DNA from: Macrostomum lignano | Lineage: Eukaryota | Reading direction: 5' to 3' | Length of the DNA stretch: 64,000 bases | NCBI GenBank assembly: GCA_002269645.1 | Contig: NIVC01001036.1 | Location: forward strand, 186,001 to 250,000 | Notes under the pieces: generated by a model | Seen by the model: the letters and a program-made list of their open reading frames with translations, nothing else | Told to the model about the DNA's origin: nothing | The model's database searches: none | Shown here: positions 1-11,525 of the stretch, in pieces | Position numbering within the stretch: the first letter of the stretch is position 1 | How the letters are laid out: each line of letters starts with the position of its first letter | Translations under genes and position numbers: made by a program

Positions 1-864
1 ACAATTTTTTTTGTAAATTGATTAAGTAGTATCTGCGATTTAGGCACCCGGTTTTTAAATCGATAGTCCAAAAACAGTTTATTTCTACTACTACAATTTA
101 CTACTATAGTGGTAAATTTTCCTAATCTTACTGCACAAAAATTTTTAGAATATGTAAATTGTAGTTTCAAATTCGTCCTTGAAATCCACGATTATTCGGT
201 AAATTCAGCAACTCGGACAATCCTTTTTTAATCTAGCTGCATGGTTAATACGCCATGACATTTGAGTATTCCTTGCTAGATTTTGGTTTGATTAAGAATC
301 GGTGAACCAAATTAATGATCCTTTATAATTTTGCATGTCATACATACATGTATATGTATAAATTGCCAAAATTAAATTCTGTGCCTAATCTCCAAGGCAC
401 AGAGTTGTACATGCCTATACATGTAGATTTTAGGCGTGCCTGCGTACAGTATTGGCGCTCTTGTATGATGTACTCTGGAGTCAGCGCAATGGGCTGAATT
501 GCCTCACCACTGGTTGTGGGATGTGCGAATACATATACTCATATGATATTATGACCGCACATTCCTTGGCTAGGGTAGGGCTCCATGTACAAAGACAGCC
601 CTTAAGTCTTTCACGCTACTTACACCGTACACACGCTGAACTTTCAGGGGCAGCGCGCCAACCCACACCGCCTCCAGTTAAAAAATCTGAGCTATCATTT
701 ACCCCCCGCTGAAGATTTCTGATTGGCTCTGGTAGGGCAGAACTGATTGCACAATTCACTCGACACTTGCACAGATTATATAAGGCATTTATTCATTTTT
801 TATTTATCATCACCCTCCTATTGTGTGAGCAGACTCAACACACCAGGCTCAGTTCAGCTGAAGC

Positions 865-1539
865 ATGCCAGCCATCTCCGGTCTTGTCCTCAGCTGCTGC
901 GGTCGCTCCTCCAACGATGCTGCAGCTGCCGACGCGGCCGCCGACGCAGCCAAACCAGCCGATACTGAACCGCCGCCGATGCCCGATCCCACTAGCCGTC
1001 AGCTGCCAGAGAGCGAGCCGGCCGCTTGGCACCCGTCTTTGGTCGCTTTCAACGTCTACGAGCCGCAGTCGATGGCGGCAGCGGCTGCCTCAGCTGGCCG
1101 AGTCGCCCCAAACACTGCAGCAGCCGCAGTAGCCGCTCCAGCCGTCTCCCCGATGAAGTCGGAGCCGCAGCGTCAGCCGCAGCAGAGCTGCCGAGCCTGC
1201 CTTCAAGGCTGCCAGCCGAACAATGCATGGCTGCCCGGGTGCAGCAGCCTGCGCCGCTATCAGAAGCGCAGCGAGAGCCCGATGTTCAACCCCTACCTGA
1301 GGCCGCGCAGCTGCACCAGCTTAGAAGACATTCGAATCTGGTCGCAGCGCAAAACCAGCGCCCTGCTGATGGCCGCCGCCGCCGCCACCGCCGCCGCCAC
1401 CGCAGATTTGACAGACTCGGGCACGGCCGAATCGAATAGCAACTGCAGCATTGACTTCGTGAGCTACGCTAGCGACAGCAGCAATGCCAATTCTAGAAGC
1501 CCGCCAGATATTGAACTGTCCGGCTACTTTGGTCAGTAG
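865..1539 (+). CDS. Single-exon 224-aa protein of unknown function (Ala/Pro/Ser-rich, probably disordered)
   Basis: ATG at 865, GC-rich ORF in AT-rich flanks with sharp composition change at the stop; poly-Ala tracts like the other genes here; ATTGG (CCAAT box) at ~722. No family recognised. Confidence 0.65.
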   Translation: MPAISGLVLSCCGRSSNDAAAADAAADAAKPADTEPPPMPDPTSRQLPESEPAAWHPSLVAFNVYEPQSMAAAAASAGRVAPNTAAAAVAAPAVSPMKSEPQRQPQQSCRACLQGCQPNNAWLPGCSSLRRYQKRSESPMFNPYLRPRSCTSLEDIRIWSQRKTSALLMAAAAATAAATADLTDSGTAESNSNCSIDFVSYASDSSNANSRSPPDIELSGYFGQ

Positions 1540-1941
1540 CAGCATGCCTTGTGTTATCAGTGAATCTGAGTTTTACAAATTAAGCATATCTTTGTATGAG
1601 CTCGTGCTTGCCTAAAACATACTTAGTGACTTTTAATTGGAATTTACTAATAACAGACGAGCATTAGATAGGGACTGCGCTGGTCAACTAGTCGGACCAC
1701 GCGTTTCCCAGGACTTTCTATTTCTTAACTATATTAACATTAAAGAAATAAATTTTTACGCGGCAAACCTAGGCCAGATATTTTTAAGCGTGTTTTACTT
1801 TCTTGGCCGAACAAAATTAATTGACTTGACTTTCGTAAGCAAACGTGTAATTTTTTTCAAGATTTGATACTCCACGCTAGCTACTTATAACACTATATCG
1901 AGTAGACTTGTCTGTCCCTTGAAATAGAAGGGTCTAATCAG

Positions 1942-3400
1942 TTTGTCAGCCTCTCAGACAGTTGCCAGCCGACATTTACCAGCCGACAGTTGCCAACCAG
2001 ACATTTACCAGCCGACAGTTACCAGCCGATAGTTGCCAGCCAGACATTTATCAGCCGACAGTTACCAGCCAGACATTTACCAGCCAGACATTTACCAGCC
2101 GACAGTTACCAGCCAAACATTTACCAGCCAGACATTTACCAGCCGACAGTTACCAGCCGACAGTTGCCAGCCGACAGTTGCCAGCCGACAGTTACCAGCC
2201 AGACATTTACCAGCCAGACATTTACCAGCCGACAGTTACCAGCCAAACATTTACCAGCCAGACATTTACCAGCCGACAGTTACCAGCCGACAGTTGCCAG
2301 CCGACAGTTGCCAGCCGACAGTTGCCAGCCGACAGACAGTAACAGCCGACAGTTACCAGCCGACAGTTACCAGCCGACAGTTACCAGCCGACAGTTACCA
2401 GCCGACAGTTACCAGCCGACAGTTACCAGCCGACAGTTACCAGCCGACAGTTACCAGCCGACAGTTACCAGCCAACAGTTACCAGCCGACAGTTACCAGC
2501 CGACAGTTACCAGCCGACAGTTACCAGCCGACAGTTACCAGCCGAGAGTTACCAGCCGACAGTTACCAGCCGACAGTTACCAGCCGAGAGTTACCAGCCG
2601 ACAGTTACCAGTCGACAGTTACCAGCCGACAGTTACCAGTCGAGAGTTACCAGCCGACAGTTACCAGCCGACAGTTACCAGCCGACAGTTACCAGCCGAG
2701 AGTTACCAGCCGACAGTTACCAGCCGACAGTTACCAGCCGACAGTTACCAGCCGACAGACAGTAACCAGCCAGACAGTTGCCAGCCGACAGTTACCAGCC
2801 GACAGTTGCCGGTCAGACATTTGCCCACTGCTCACTGCACACCAATTTTTGCCTAGTCCAGCCTTTACTATATTCCTTAATGCAAGAACATATTGTTTTT
2901 GAATGGCCTGCTAATTGTGGCCTGAAGTACATACACTAGGTGGGGTAAAACTGATTCTACGATTCCCAGCGGTGTGAACGAGTCATAACTATACGATTGA
3001 AATTATGTGAACTGTTTGTCAGCAAACGAAATTTTGGCAGAGTTTTCATGGCGTTGTGAAAGAGCCCTGTGCACTACAAGCACATTTAATAAATTCTATT
3101 ACAATGTTTATTCGCTTTACGCACTGATAATTTCTTGGGTTTTCCTGGAAATTATCGGTAGTTGGGACCTTAGTTTTACCGATGTTATGACCATAGCGAG
3201 CCTAGATATGAAGTTTATTTTTTTACAGTGCATGTTACATGACCTTGTGAATTGTGAAACTGGGGCTGCTTAATTAGTTCAGCTGGCAACTGTCTGACTG
3301 GAATATATCTGACAGGCAACTGTCAGCTGGCAAATGTCTGACAGGCAACTGTCGGCTGGCAACAAATGTCTGACAGGCAACTGTCGGCTGGCAATTAACA
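1942..3400. mobile_element. Putative foldback/MITE-like non-autonomous DNA element with repetitive inverted arms
   Basis: 2795-2825 CCAGCCGACAGTTGCCGGTCAGACATTTGCC is the reverse complement (30/31) of 3329-3359; further inverted copies at 3279-3395; ~450 bp unique spacer. No TSD identified. Confidence 0.5.
1962..2830 (+). repeat. 14-bp minisatellite (CAGTTACCAGCCGA), left arm of a foldback-like element
   Basis: Direct tandem periodicity; variants GACATTTACCAGCCA and CAGTTGCCAGCCGA. Confidence 0.95.
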
Positions 3401-4609
3401 AACTATTTGGTCCGCGGTCACGCTTTGAGTTCCAATACCCTGCTTTGTTGGTAGTAGTAGACATTGCCTATGCGATGCCTACCCTGAAGCAAAAAAAAAC
3501 AAACTTCATAGGACACTTCTTTCTCGGGGTGGGGCTGATCACACGCCACTGTCAATGGCAATGCTGCCCGCTTATCTACATGGTACAGCCGGCTCTCTCA
3601 CATAGCGATTCCCCAAAAACAATCCGTACCCTGGCGCACATCCCGGAAGTGTGGCTTCCCGTTTGAACTCGCATAAGCAGCGGATCCACACAAACAGTAA
3701 AGAATTAACGCACGAAATTAGCATAGAAATTTCGGCTTCGCAATGATCGACTGGGGAAGAGCAGCAAAAATGGTTGGCTATGTAAATATAGCTTAGCTAT
3801 GGTTTTGAATCAGTTGACTGCGTTTTATTTTGCGCATGGGAAAGCTGAAGACTGGGACAGTTACTGCTGATAATCAGACGGGAGAGGTCACTGCAAGGTC
3901 AATTCAGACGGGTTTCAGTATTATCTGCATACAGACAGGCAATATATTAGCGGTTGTTGGTTACTAAAGTTTAATATGAGTACAGTAGTTCAAAAAGCAG
4001 GGAAATTAAACATATTAAAATAATATTAAAGAAAAAGCTAGAACAAAATTTAAAAAATACTTCAATGAAAGCAAATTGCAAAGCAAATTTCTAAATTACA
4101 TGCAAAAATAATGATACATAGATAGAAAGCTTGCCACCAAGGCTTTTGTGATTATAATATAAGTTAATCCATTCTGCATAGAAAATGTAAAAAACAAAAT
4201 GGCAAAAAGGAAGACAGAACAAGGTATAGAAGCTGACATATGAATGATTTTTAGAAGCAGATATTTTCATGCTAATGTGTAAAAATCAAAGTCATGTTAC
4301 AGATTAAATTTAAGCAAAGTTTCTTAGTAGTAAATTTTATAAGAAACAAAAATGCCTTTAGTACATTTATTAACCAAAAACACTGAATATTTTATTTTCC
4401 TTTCAAAAGGCCAACTAACCTGCCTATTTAATCAGCTCAGGCTTCTTAAGTCTTAGCATGACTTTTAATGATGACTTTTACAACTACCAGCTTTTGAAAT
4501 TTAGCTAAATTATATAAGAAAACAAAAGAGAGTAAACTAAAAAGCCTTTAGAAAACTACTGCTAGTTAGTTGATCATTGTTAGATTTCAAGGCATGGCAT
4601 TTAGTATGA

Positions 4610-5931
4610 TTAAAATTGGCTATAGCTTGGTCCTGTAGCCCTGTTGTTAAAGCAGACCTTGTAGATAACCAAGCCAATGACACCCAGGCCAATAGCTAGC
4701 ACAAAGCCACCAAAAAATGAAGCACCATCAAAACCACCTGTACCAGTCACAGTTTGAGGTATTGGTACTGGTGTAGAAGCTAGTTCTGAGCCATTGTTTT
4801 TTATGTTAGTGCTAATAGGATTGGTAAAGTTGGTAGTAGCAGGTTTGGTAGTAGCAATTGTAGATTTGGCAGTAGCAGAAGTTGATGGCAATACAGATGA
4901 CTGTATTGAACTGCTGTCAGAGTATGCCTTAGTGCTGGCTTTATGTTCAGTGGTTTGATGATGATTAGCATTGTCTAAATTCAAGCTCTTGGTACTTGCA
5001 GTTGTCTTGGCATGAGAGCCTAAAATGTAAAACATAAGCATTTTAGTCAGGCAATAAGGTATAAATAATTAAATAAAGACAAATACATGTACATGTTCTT
5101 TAAACACAATAAACAGTCCAGGGTGTACTTCATAATCAAGCATGCAGAACAAAAAGTTTTGACCAAGAAAGGTGCAGAAAACAGTGGATTTTTGCCAGAA
5201 AAGTGCACATATTTTTGGATTAAAATGTAGAAATGGTAACTCTAGTGCTAATAGCTCGTATTAATTTACTAATGCTCCCTCAGAGCCAAAAAAAGTTTTA
5301 ATGAAGTTTTGCGCATATGCATTTTTATTATTTTTTTACTTTCCATACAGAACCTGTTATTTATTTTTGGGATGAATTTCTAACTGGTAAACAGTAAATA
5401 AAAACACTTAGGCCTTAATATTAATACTAAGTCTTCTGTAACTATACACAAAACAAATAATAATATATAAAGTAGTTAAAAGCTACTAAAGTAAATATAT
5501 AATATAGGTTAAGTATATACACAAAAATAGAATAAAAATATGTTCTCTGTATTTTGTAAATTTGTATAGTGTACTATTGATTGTAATTTTACTGGTGTAA
5601 AGTGTAAAAGCAAATTGATAATAATAATTAATTAATGCAATTTGATAAGATGTAACTGTAATATATGTATCTATTGTTTAGGAAAGATTGGATTTCTATA
5701 GTAGCTACAGCTAATCTACTAATAAATATTTACTGATTTATTTTGACTAGAAACATGATTTTTATGCAATAGCTATCTAGAAAGTAGAAACAATAAAATT
5801 GTAAAACAATAAAAACAATAAACAATAAAACAAGAAACAAATAAAATTAGTCACTTACCACTAGTCGCTTGCAAAATTGTTAGAAAAATGATTCCTCCGA
5901 AGATTAATGTGTTGAAAGTCTTATGCTGCAT
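4610..5931 (-). CDS. CD164: CD164/porimin (MGC-24 family) sialomucin, ~160 aa; exons 5931-5859 and 5019-4610
   Basis: Exon 1 encodes a signal peptide MQHKTFNTLIFGGIIFLTILQATS ending G|GTAAGT; exon 2 starts after TTTTAG and restores frame. Product has a Ser/Thr-rich stalk, the family TM motif FDGASFFGGFVLAIG...YK and C-terminal YxxPhi (YSQF). AATAAA on minus strand at 4371-4366. Symbol is family-level (CD164/TMEM123). Confidence 0.9.
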
Positions 5932-8517
5932 GTTGTTGGATGCCCTGTCAGTTAAAATTTAAATAATGTGCACTGTTGTCGGCTTAGTGCCAATCGATTT
6001 AAATTTCCTGGAGAAGGCAACACTGCAAATTTAACTCTAAAATGATTCTAGTTCGATTCGTAGTTCGTAGAAAGCGTGCAGGTTTAAGAAGATAGCGCAA
6101 AATAAAATGGTCAGAAACAAATCTACATAAAAACTATAACAAAAGTCTGTTAGGTTTCTTAATATTTACCAAACTTCTAAAATTATCTGAAATTATTCAG
6201 CAAATAAGATTTAAAATTTGTTTTTCGTAGCAATACTACTCTTAATGATAGCAGAGACAAATGACTGGACACACGACAAAAGCTTAATTAAACTCGCTAA
6301 AATGGGAACAACATAGTATGGGTTTTTTCTAAATACCTTTGTTCACGGATGGAATATCCAAGTCAAGAACTTGCAGTGGCAATAATTTTCTCAGAAGCAG
6401 CAAAAAGCACTATTTTTCTGTGTAAAGAATATCCAAAGTAAATATGAACGATAACTCGTATATAAACTCTTTTTATAGTTGAGTGTCTACTTGGAACTAT
6501 CTTAGGTCCTTAATAGGTTTCTGAATCGCTTCAATATTCGTCTGCATCAGCATGTCTTCAATTTTTTTTCTTTTTAACCATCAGGAATTACAAATGATGG
6601 AGTTCCAGTTAAAAAGTGATTGAATATGCTAAAAAGGTTTATTAATTAGCATCGATCGTCGATCGTTTACAAACATGGGCTTTTGAGAAATAGCTAAATC
6701 AGTATTGAACACTGTCCACCGATCTTACATTTCAAGATAAGACCGAGTGGTCTTGTGCAGAATTCTGAATTGTAGAATGGATCAAGCATTATTAATACGT
6801 TTAAATTTTACATGTATTCGTTCATCATACGCATCTATAAAGAGATTGCTTAGCCCCCTTATTTAACGAACTTTTAAAAGTAATCCACTGTTAAGAGACT
6901 GCTCATACATGCATTGAAAAACAAAATGGTTGGTTGTCTTCTTCAAATACAAATGGGCCTAACAGGACCTACATGTATGTAGTAGTTGATGGAGAGCAGA
7001 TGCGACCATTGCGGTGTTAAGCTGGGAGATTTGTGTGCCCAGAGCTACATGTATGGGGTAAATCAGCCTTACTGCTGACTCAACCCTTCCCAGATCCCAT
7101 CTGCCCACTCGAGCGATCCACTCGAACCGAAATTCGGTTCCAAGTGCCAGTGGCAGAGGACTCGCATGGATAATGTTGTCTCTCCTTCTCCCCCGCTTCG
7201 CCAGCTAAAACCTCTTGGTGCTTGCGTGTGTGGGTGTGTGTGTGTGTGCTCTCCTCCTGCACTCGCTGGTTCTCGGGACTCCCTTCCCCATCTCGCAGCG
7301 TCCGTTTTCTTGGTGCGTGCAGCAGCTGCAAGCGCTATCGATCGATCCGACTCCCTTGCTATCCCCCCTCATCAGCCCGTCTCTACAGACCCTCCTCCCC
7401 TTTCCGCCTCCAGCGACACCGGGCCCCCTAGCAGCAGAATTGCCCCCCCCTAGTTCGGCGGCCCGGGCACCTCCTCCATTTTGCAGTCTCCACCTTGCCC
7501 CACGAAGCCTGCCCCCCTCACTCTCTGCAGCCTGCTGTCCAAAAGCCGTGACCGCCGGTTGCGAAGAGTGTTGTTGGAATAGCGCGGATTGACAGTGGGA
7601 GAGAGAGGAGATGGGATCGGAGCTGAGAGATGGCGCGGAGCATGGCTTGCAGCTTCGGTGTGGAACTGAGGGGGCCTGCATGCATTGAAGGGTGAGCGAG
7701 TGCCTCCGTTTCCTTCAGCTTTCGTCCTGCGGCGACCCCTTTTTCCTTCCGAGAGATAGCAAGAGAGAGAGAGGGGGGGGGGAGAGACGAGAGAGATGCT
7801 GACCATCGGCCTAGCTTCCCAGCATCCCAGCATCAGCCGACTATAGACAATCCTTTCCCTTCTCCCCTTTCTTATCTCCCTTTCCTTCTTATCAATTTCG
7901 CATATTTCTGAACAACGCCGTGCCAGCAGCAGTTTTATTTAGAGAATATTTGCTCACTCGGTGCGGTGACTAACGCTTGCTCTGGTGGGATCTCCCCCCC
8001 CCGCCCCCGAGAGCTTGCTTTTGCAGGCCTGAAGCACGTCTGAGTCAAACTTTTTTGACTTAACTCCTTTTCTATTAATAAGGAAGGAAGGAATTTCTAA
8101 AGTTGCTAATGGGAATCGCTAGAGAGAAACGAGGGTCCCCCCTAACTCATTCCCTGCAGCTGTGTCACACAAAGTGACGCCCAGGTTGGCTATAGCAGTG
8201 TAAGAATCTAATCATATGCATTTTTCCCAGGCTCAGTCTCTGATTTCCCATTCTCAATCAGTGTGCAACTTGACTCTCAATGGCGCTGAAGGGGGGCGAA
8301 GTATTGTAATACTTCAAGTATGCAATTATGCTTGCCTTTTTAGCTGTTGCTCTTCAATAAGACATAAAGAAGTTGTTATAGCAAAAAACTACAGCCTATG
8401 CATTTGTAAAACTTTTACATCGATGGTGCAACTTGTCTGAGATCTGAGAATAGCTGATCTGAGCTTGACGCCTGTTTCTCTGTCCCGTAAATTTGCGATA
8501 TTTGAAGCAAATGGTTA

Positions 8518-9575
8518 CTGTAGGCATTGGTCAATAGTATAGGCATTGGTCACTAGTGTAGGCATTGGTCACTAGTGTAGGCATTGGTCACTAGTGTAGG
8601 CATTGGTCACTAGTGTAGACATTGGTCACTAGTGTAGGCATTGGTCACTAGTGTAGGCATTGGTCACTGTAGGCATTGGTCACTAGTGTAGGCATTGGTC
8701 ACTAGTGTAGGCATTGGTCACTAGTGTAGGCATTGGTCACTGTAGGCATTGGTCACTAGTGTAGGCATTGGTCACTAGTGTAGGCATTGGTCACTAGTGT
8801 AGGCATTGGTCACTAGTGTAGGCATTGGTCACTAGTGTAGGCATTGGTCACTAGTGTAGGCATTGGTCACTAGTGTAGACATTGGTCACTAGTGTAGGCA
8901 TTGGTCACTAGTGTAGGCATTGGTCACTGTAGGCATTGGTCACTAGTGTAGGCATTGGTCACTAGTGTAGGCATTGGTCACTAGTGTAGGCATTGTTCAC
9001 TGTAGGCATTGGTCACTAGTGTAGGCATTTGTCACTGTAGGCATTGGTCACTAGTGTAGGCATTGGTTACTGTAGGCATTGGTCACTAGTGTAGGCATTT
9101 GTCACTGTAGGCATTGGTCACTGTAGGCATTGGTCACTAGTGTAGGCATTGGTCACTAGTGTAGGCATTGGTCACTAGTGTAGGCATTGGTCACTAGTGT
9201 AGGCATTGGTCACTAGTGTAGACATTGGTCACTAGTGTAGGCATTGGTCACTAGTGTAGGCATTGGTCACTGTAGGCATTGGTCACTAGTGTAGGCATTG
9301 GTCACTAGTGTAGGCATTGGTCACTAGTGTAGACATTGGTCACTAGTGTAGGCATTGGTCACTAGTGTAGACATTGGTCACTGTAGGCATTGGTCACTAG
9401 TGTAGGCATTTGTCACTAGTGTAGGCATTGGTCACTAGTGTAGGCATTGGTTACTGTAGGCATTGGTCACTAGTGTAGGCATTTGTCACTGTAGGCATTG
9501 GTCACTAGTGTAGGCATTGGTTACTGTAGGCATTGGTTACTGTAGGCATTGGTCACTAGTGTAAGCATTGGTCAC
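8518..9575 (+). repeat. 19-bp minisatellite (TAGTGTAGGCATTGGTCAC) with 16-bp deletion variants
   Basis: Direct periodicity. Confidence 0.97.
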
Positions 9576-9935
9576 TGTAGACATTGGCAGTTTCCACTGC
9601 AGGCAATGGCAGTTTCCACTGCAGGCAATGGCAGTTTCCACTGCAGGCATTGGCAGTTTCCACTGCAGGCATTGGCAGTTTCCACTGCAGGCATTGGCAG
9701 TTTCCACTGCAGGCATTGGCAGTTTCCACTGCAGGCAATGGCAGTTTCCACTGCAGGCATTGGCAGTTTCCACTGCAGGCATTGGCAGTTTCCACTGCAG
9801 GCATTGGCAGTTTCCACTGCAGGCAATGGCAGTTTCCACTGCAGGCATTGGCAGTTTCCACTGCAGGCATTGGCAGTTTCCACTGCAGGCAATGGCAGTT
9901 TCCACTGCAGGCAATGGCAGTTTCCACTGCAGGCA
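9576..9935 (+). repeat. 22-bp minisatellite (GGCATTGGCAGTTTCCACTGCA)
   Basis: Direct periodicity; abuts and resembles the 19/16-bp array. Confidence 0.97.
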
Positions 9936-10472
9936 ATTAGCTGCGTGTAAAAATCTTTCTTAGAAATTCGCGAAGGTTCGGCAGAAGGTCAAATGTAGTA
10001 AAGTAAAATCCCACGCATCTCAGCCTATCCGGAGATTACGAAAATGAGCTCGGTCAGTTCACTATCTTCCCAAGATCTCACGGGCATTTGATTTCCAATT
10101 TCGCCCGTCAGAAATTTCCCCAGCAGTTCATTTCCCCTTCATCCTGAGATGCCCTCGCCCATGAGAAGGAGATAAGCAGATAGGAAATGAGAACGGTTGG
10201 AAAAAATAGCAAACGAAACGACTCGAGCAGAAGACTCACGGCTGCTGGACCCTTCATCACCTAACCAACCCTCCCAGTTTCCAGCGCTCCCAGTTTCCCA
10301 TTTCCTTAGCCAGTCTCCCCCATCCTTCTTCTTTTATCGATCCGTGCCAGCGCCAGACGCCAGAAAGCAATAAAAAGAGCTGAGAATATAAGCTCATAGG
10401 GAGGGGGGGCTCTACTGACTTGAAATCAATCGATCAATCAGCTCAGCCGCCAGGGAATCCTGCGCGCGCGCG

Positions 10473-10517
<45 letters not shown>

Positions 10518-11113
10518 CATGGCCCCCTCAGCGAGTTCCTATCTCCATCCTGTCACACGTTCGCCCAGCCTCGCGCGCTCATGCCAAATCCCGACCTTCT
10601 CCTCTTCCTTTAATGCCGGTCCCGCCGCCTGCTCCAGAAAATACTTCACTTGAGAGCACAGAGAGCTCAGCTGAGAGTCTGCGGAGAGCTTGGCGCCTCC
10701 ATCAGCCGCAGACTCTTGACTAATCTCAACAATTCCCTAGGCCCAACCCTGCTTCCTTCCCCGGCTCTATCCCCACTCCCAATATTCATGGGCAGCCGCG
10801 GCGGGAAGCCTAGCTCATTCATTCTCATTCCTTCTTCACTCTGCGCCACGATTTCTCATATAGCGATAGAGCGGAGATGAGGGAGGGGGGCAGTGGGAGA
10901 CTGCAGGACTCAGATCGGATGGTGCTGTGCTTGGTCTATAATGGAACACGGAGGCGGCGCGTGAGTCCTTAGCAGTCATTACTGGGGGGGGGGGGGCTGG
11001 CAACTGGGTGCTGGGGGCTGAGAGGGAGGGGGTTGGTAAAGGAATTGAGGAAAAAATGGGGATGAAAGATTCTAGACTAAGGGCTTTGGCAGCGTCGCTA
11101 GCGGGTCCCAAAT

Positions 11114-11116
<3 letters not shown>

Positions 11117-11196
<80 letters not shown>

Positions 11197-11205
11197 CGCG
11201 CGCGC
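11117..11205 (+). repeat. (CA)n microsatellite grading into (CG)n
   Basis: Seen directly; (GA)n tracts also at ~10472-10508, ~17483-17520 and ~47020-47040. Confidence 0.97.
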
Positions 11206-11339
11206 GCACACACTCATTACAATGTCCAGCAGTCGCAGGAGAGAAAGGAATAGAGAGGGAGGGGAGAAAAACCAAGGGGAGACGAGAATAGAGATGGGCG
11301 AGACACGGGCCCTTCCTTGGGCCTCAGACGCCTCGGGCC

Positions 11340-11525
11340 AGGCCTGACCGCCTCGCGTTCCTTCCCCACCCCCTCCGTCGGCCTTGGCCGCAGTCTAATT
11401 GGTTGGCCGAACTGTTTAAATACCCGGGCCCCAAGGCGACTCCGGAGCCCCTTTGCTGCCCGGTCCGCCTCTCCGCTCCGACCTAACGCAGGCCTCCGTC
11501 TCCAAGCTGAAGCTTAAGGTAAGAC
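11340..11525 (+). promoter_or_regulatory. Putative Pol II promoter and non-coding first exon
   Basis: GC-rich motif at 11346-11371, ATTGG at 11398-11402, TATA-like TTTAAATA at 11415-11422, strong donor AAG|GTAAGA at 11518/11519. Downstream exon not identified. Confidence 0.4.

Noticed and set aside
1962-2902. Overlapping repeat ORFs here and in arrays at 9.5, 38.3, 41.3, 46.1, 49.2, 51.9, 54.5, 55.7 and 56.9 kb
   Set aside because: Open frames in several phases or strands arise from the repeat units; no unique coding context.
3400-3720. Minus-strand frame LCGSAAYASSNGKPHFRDV... faintly like a Harbinger transposase DSAY segment
   Set aside because: Catalytic Asp absent, internal stop, similarity too weak without a database search.
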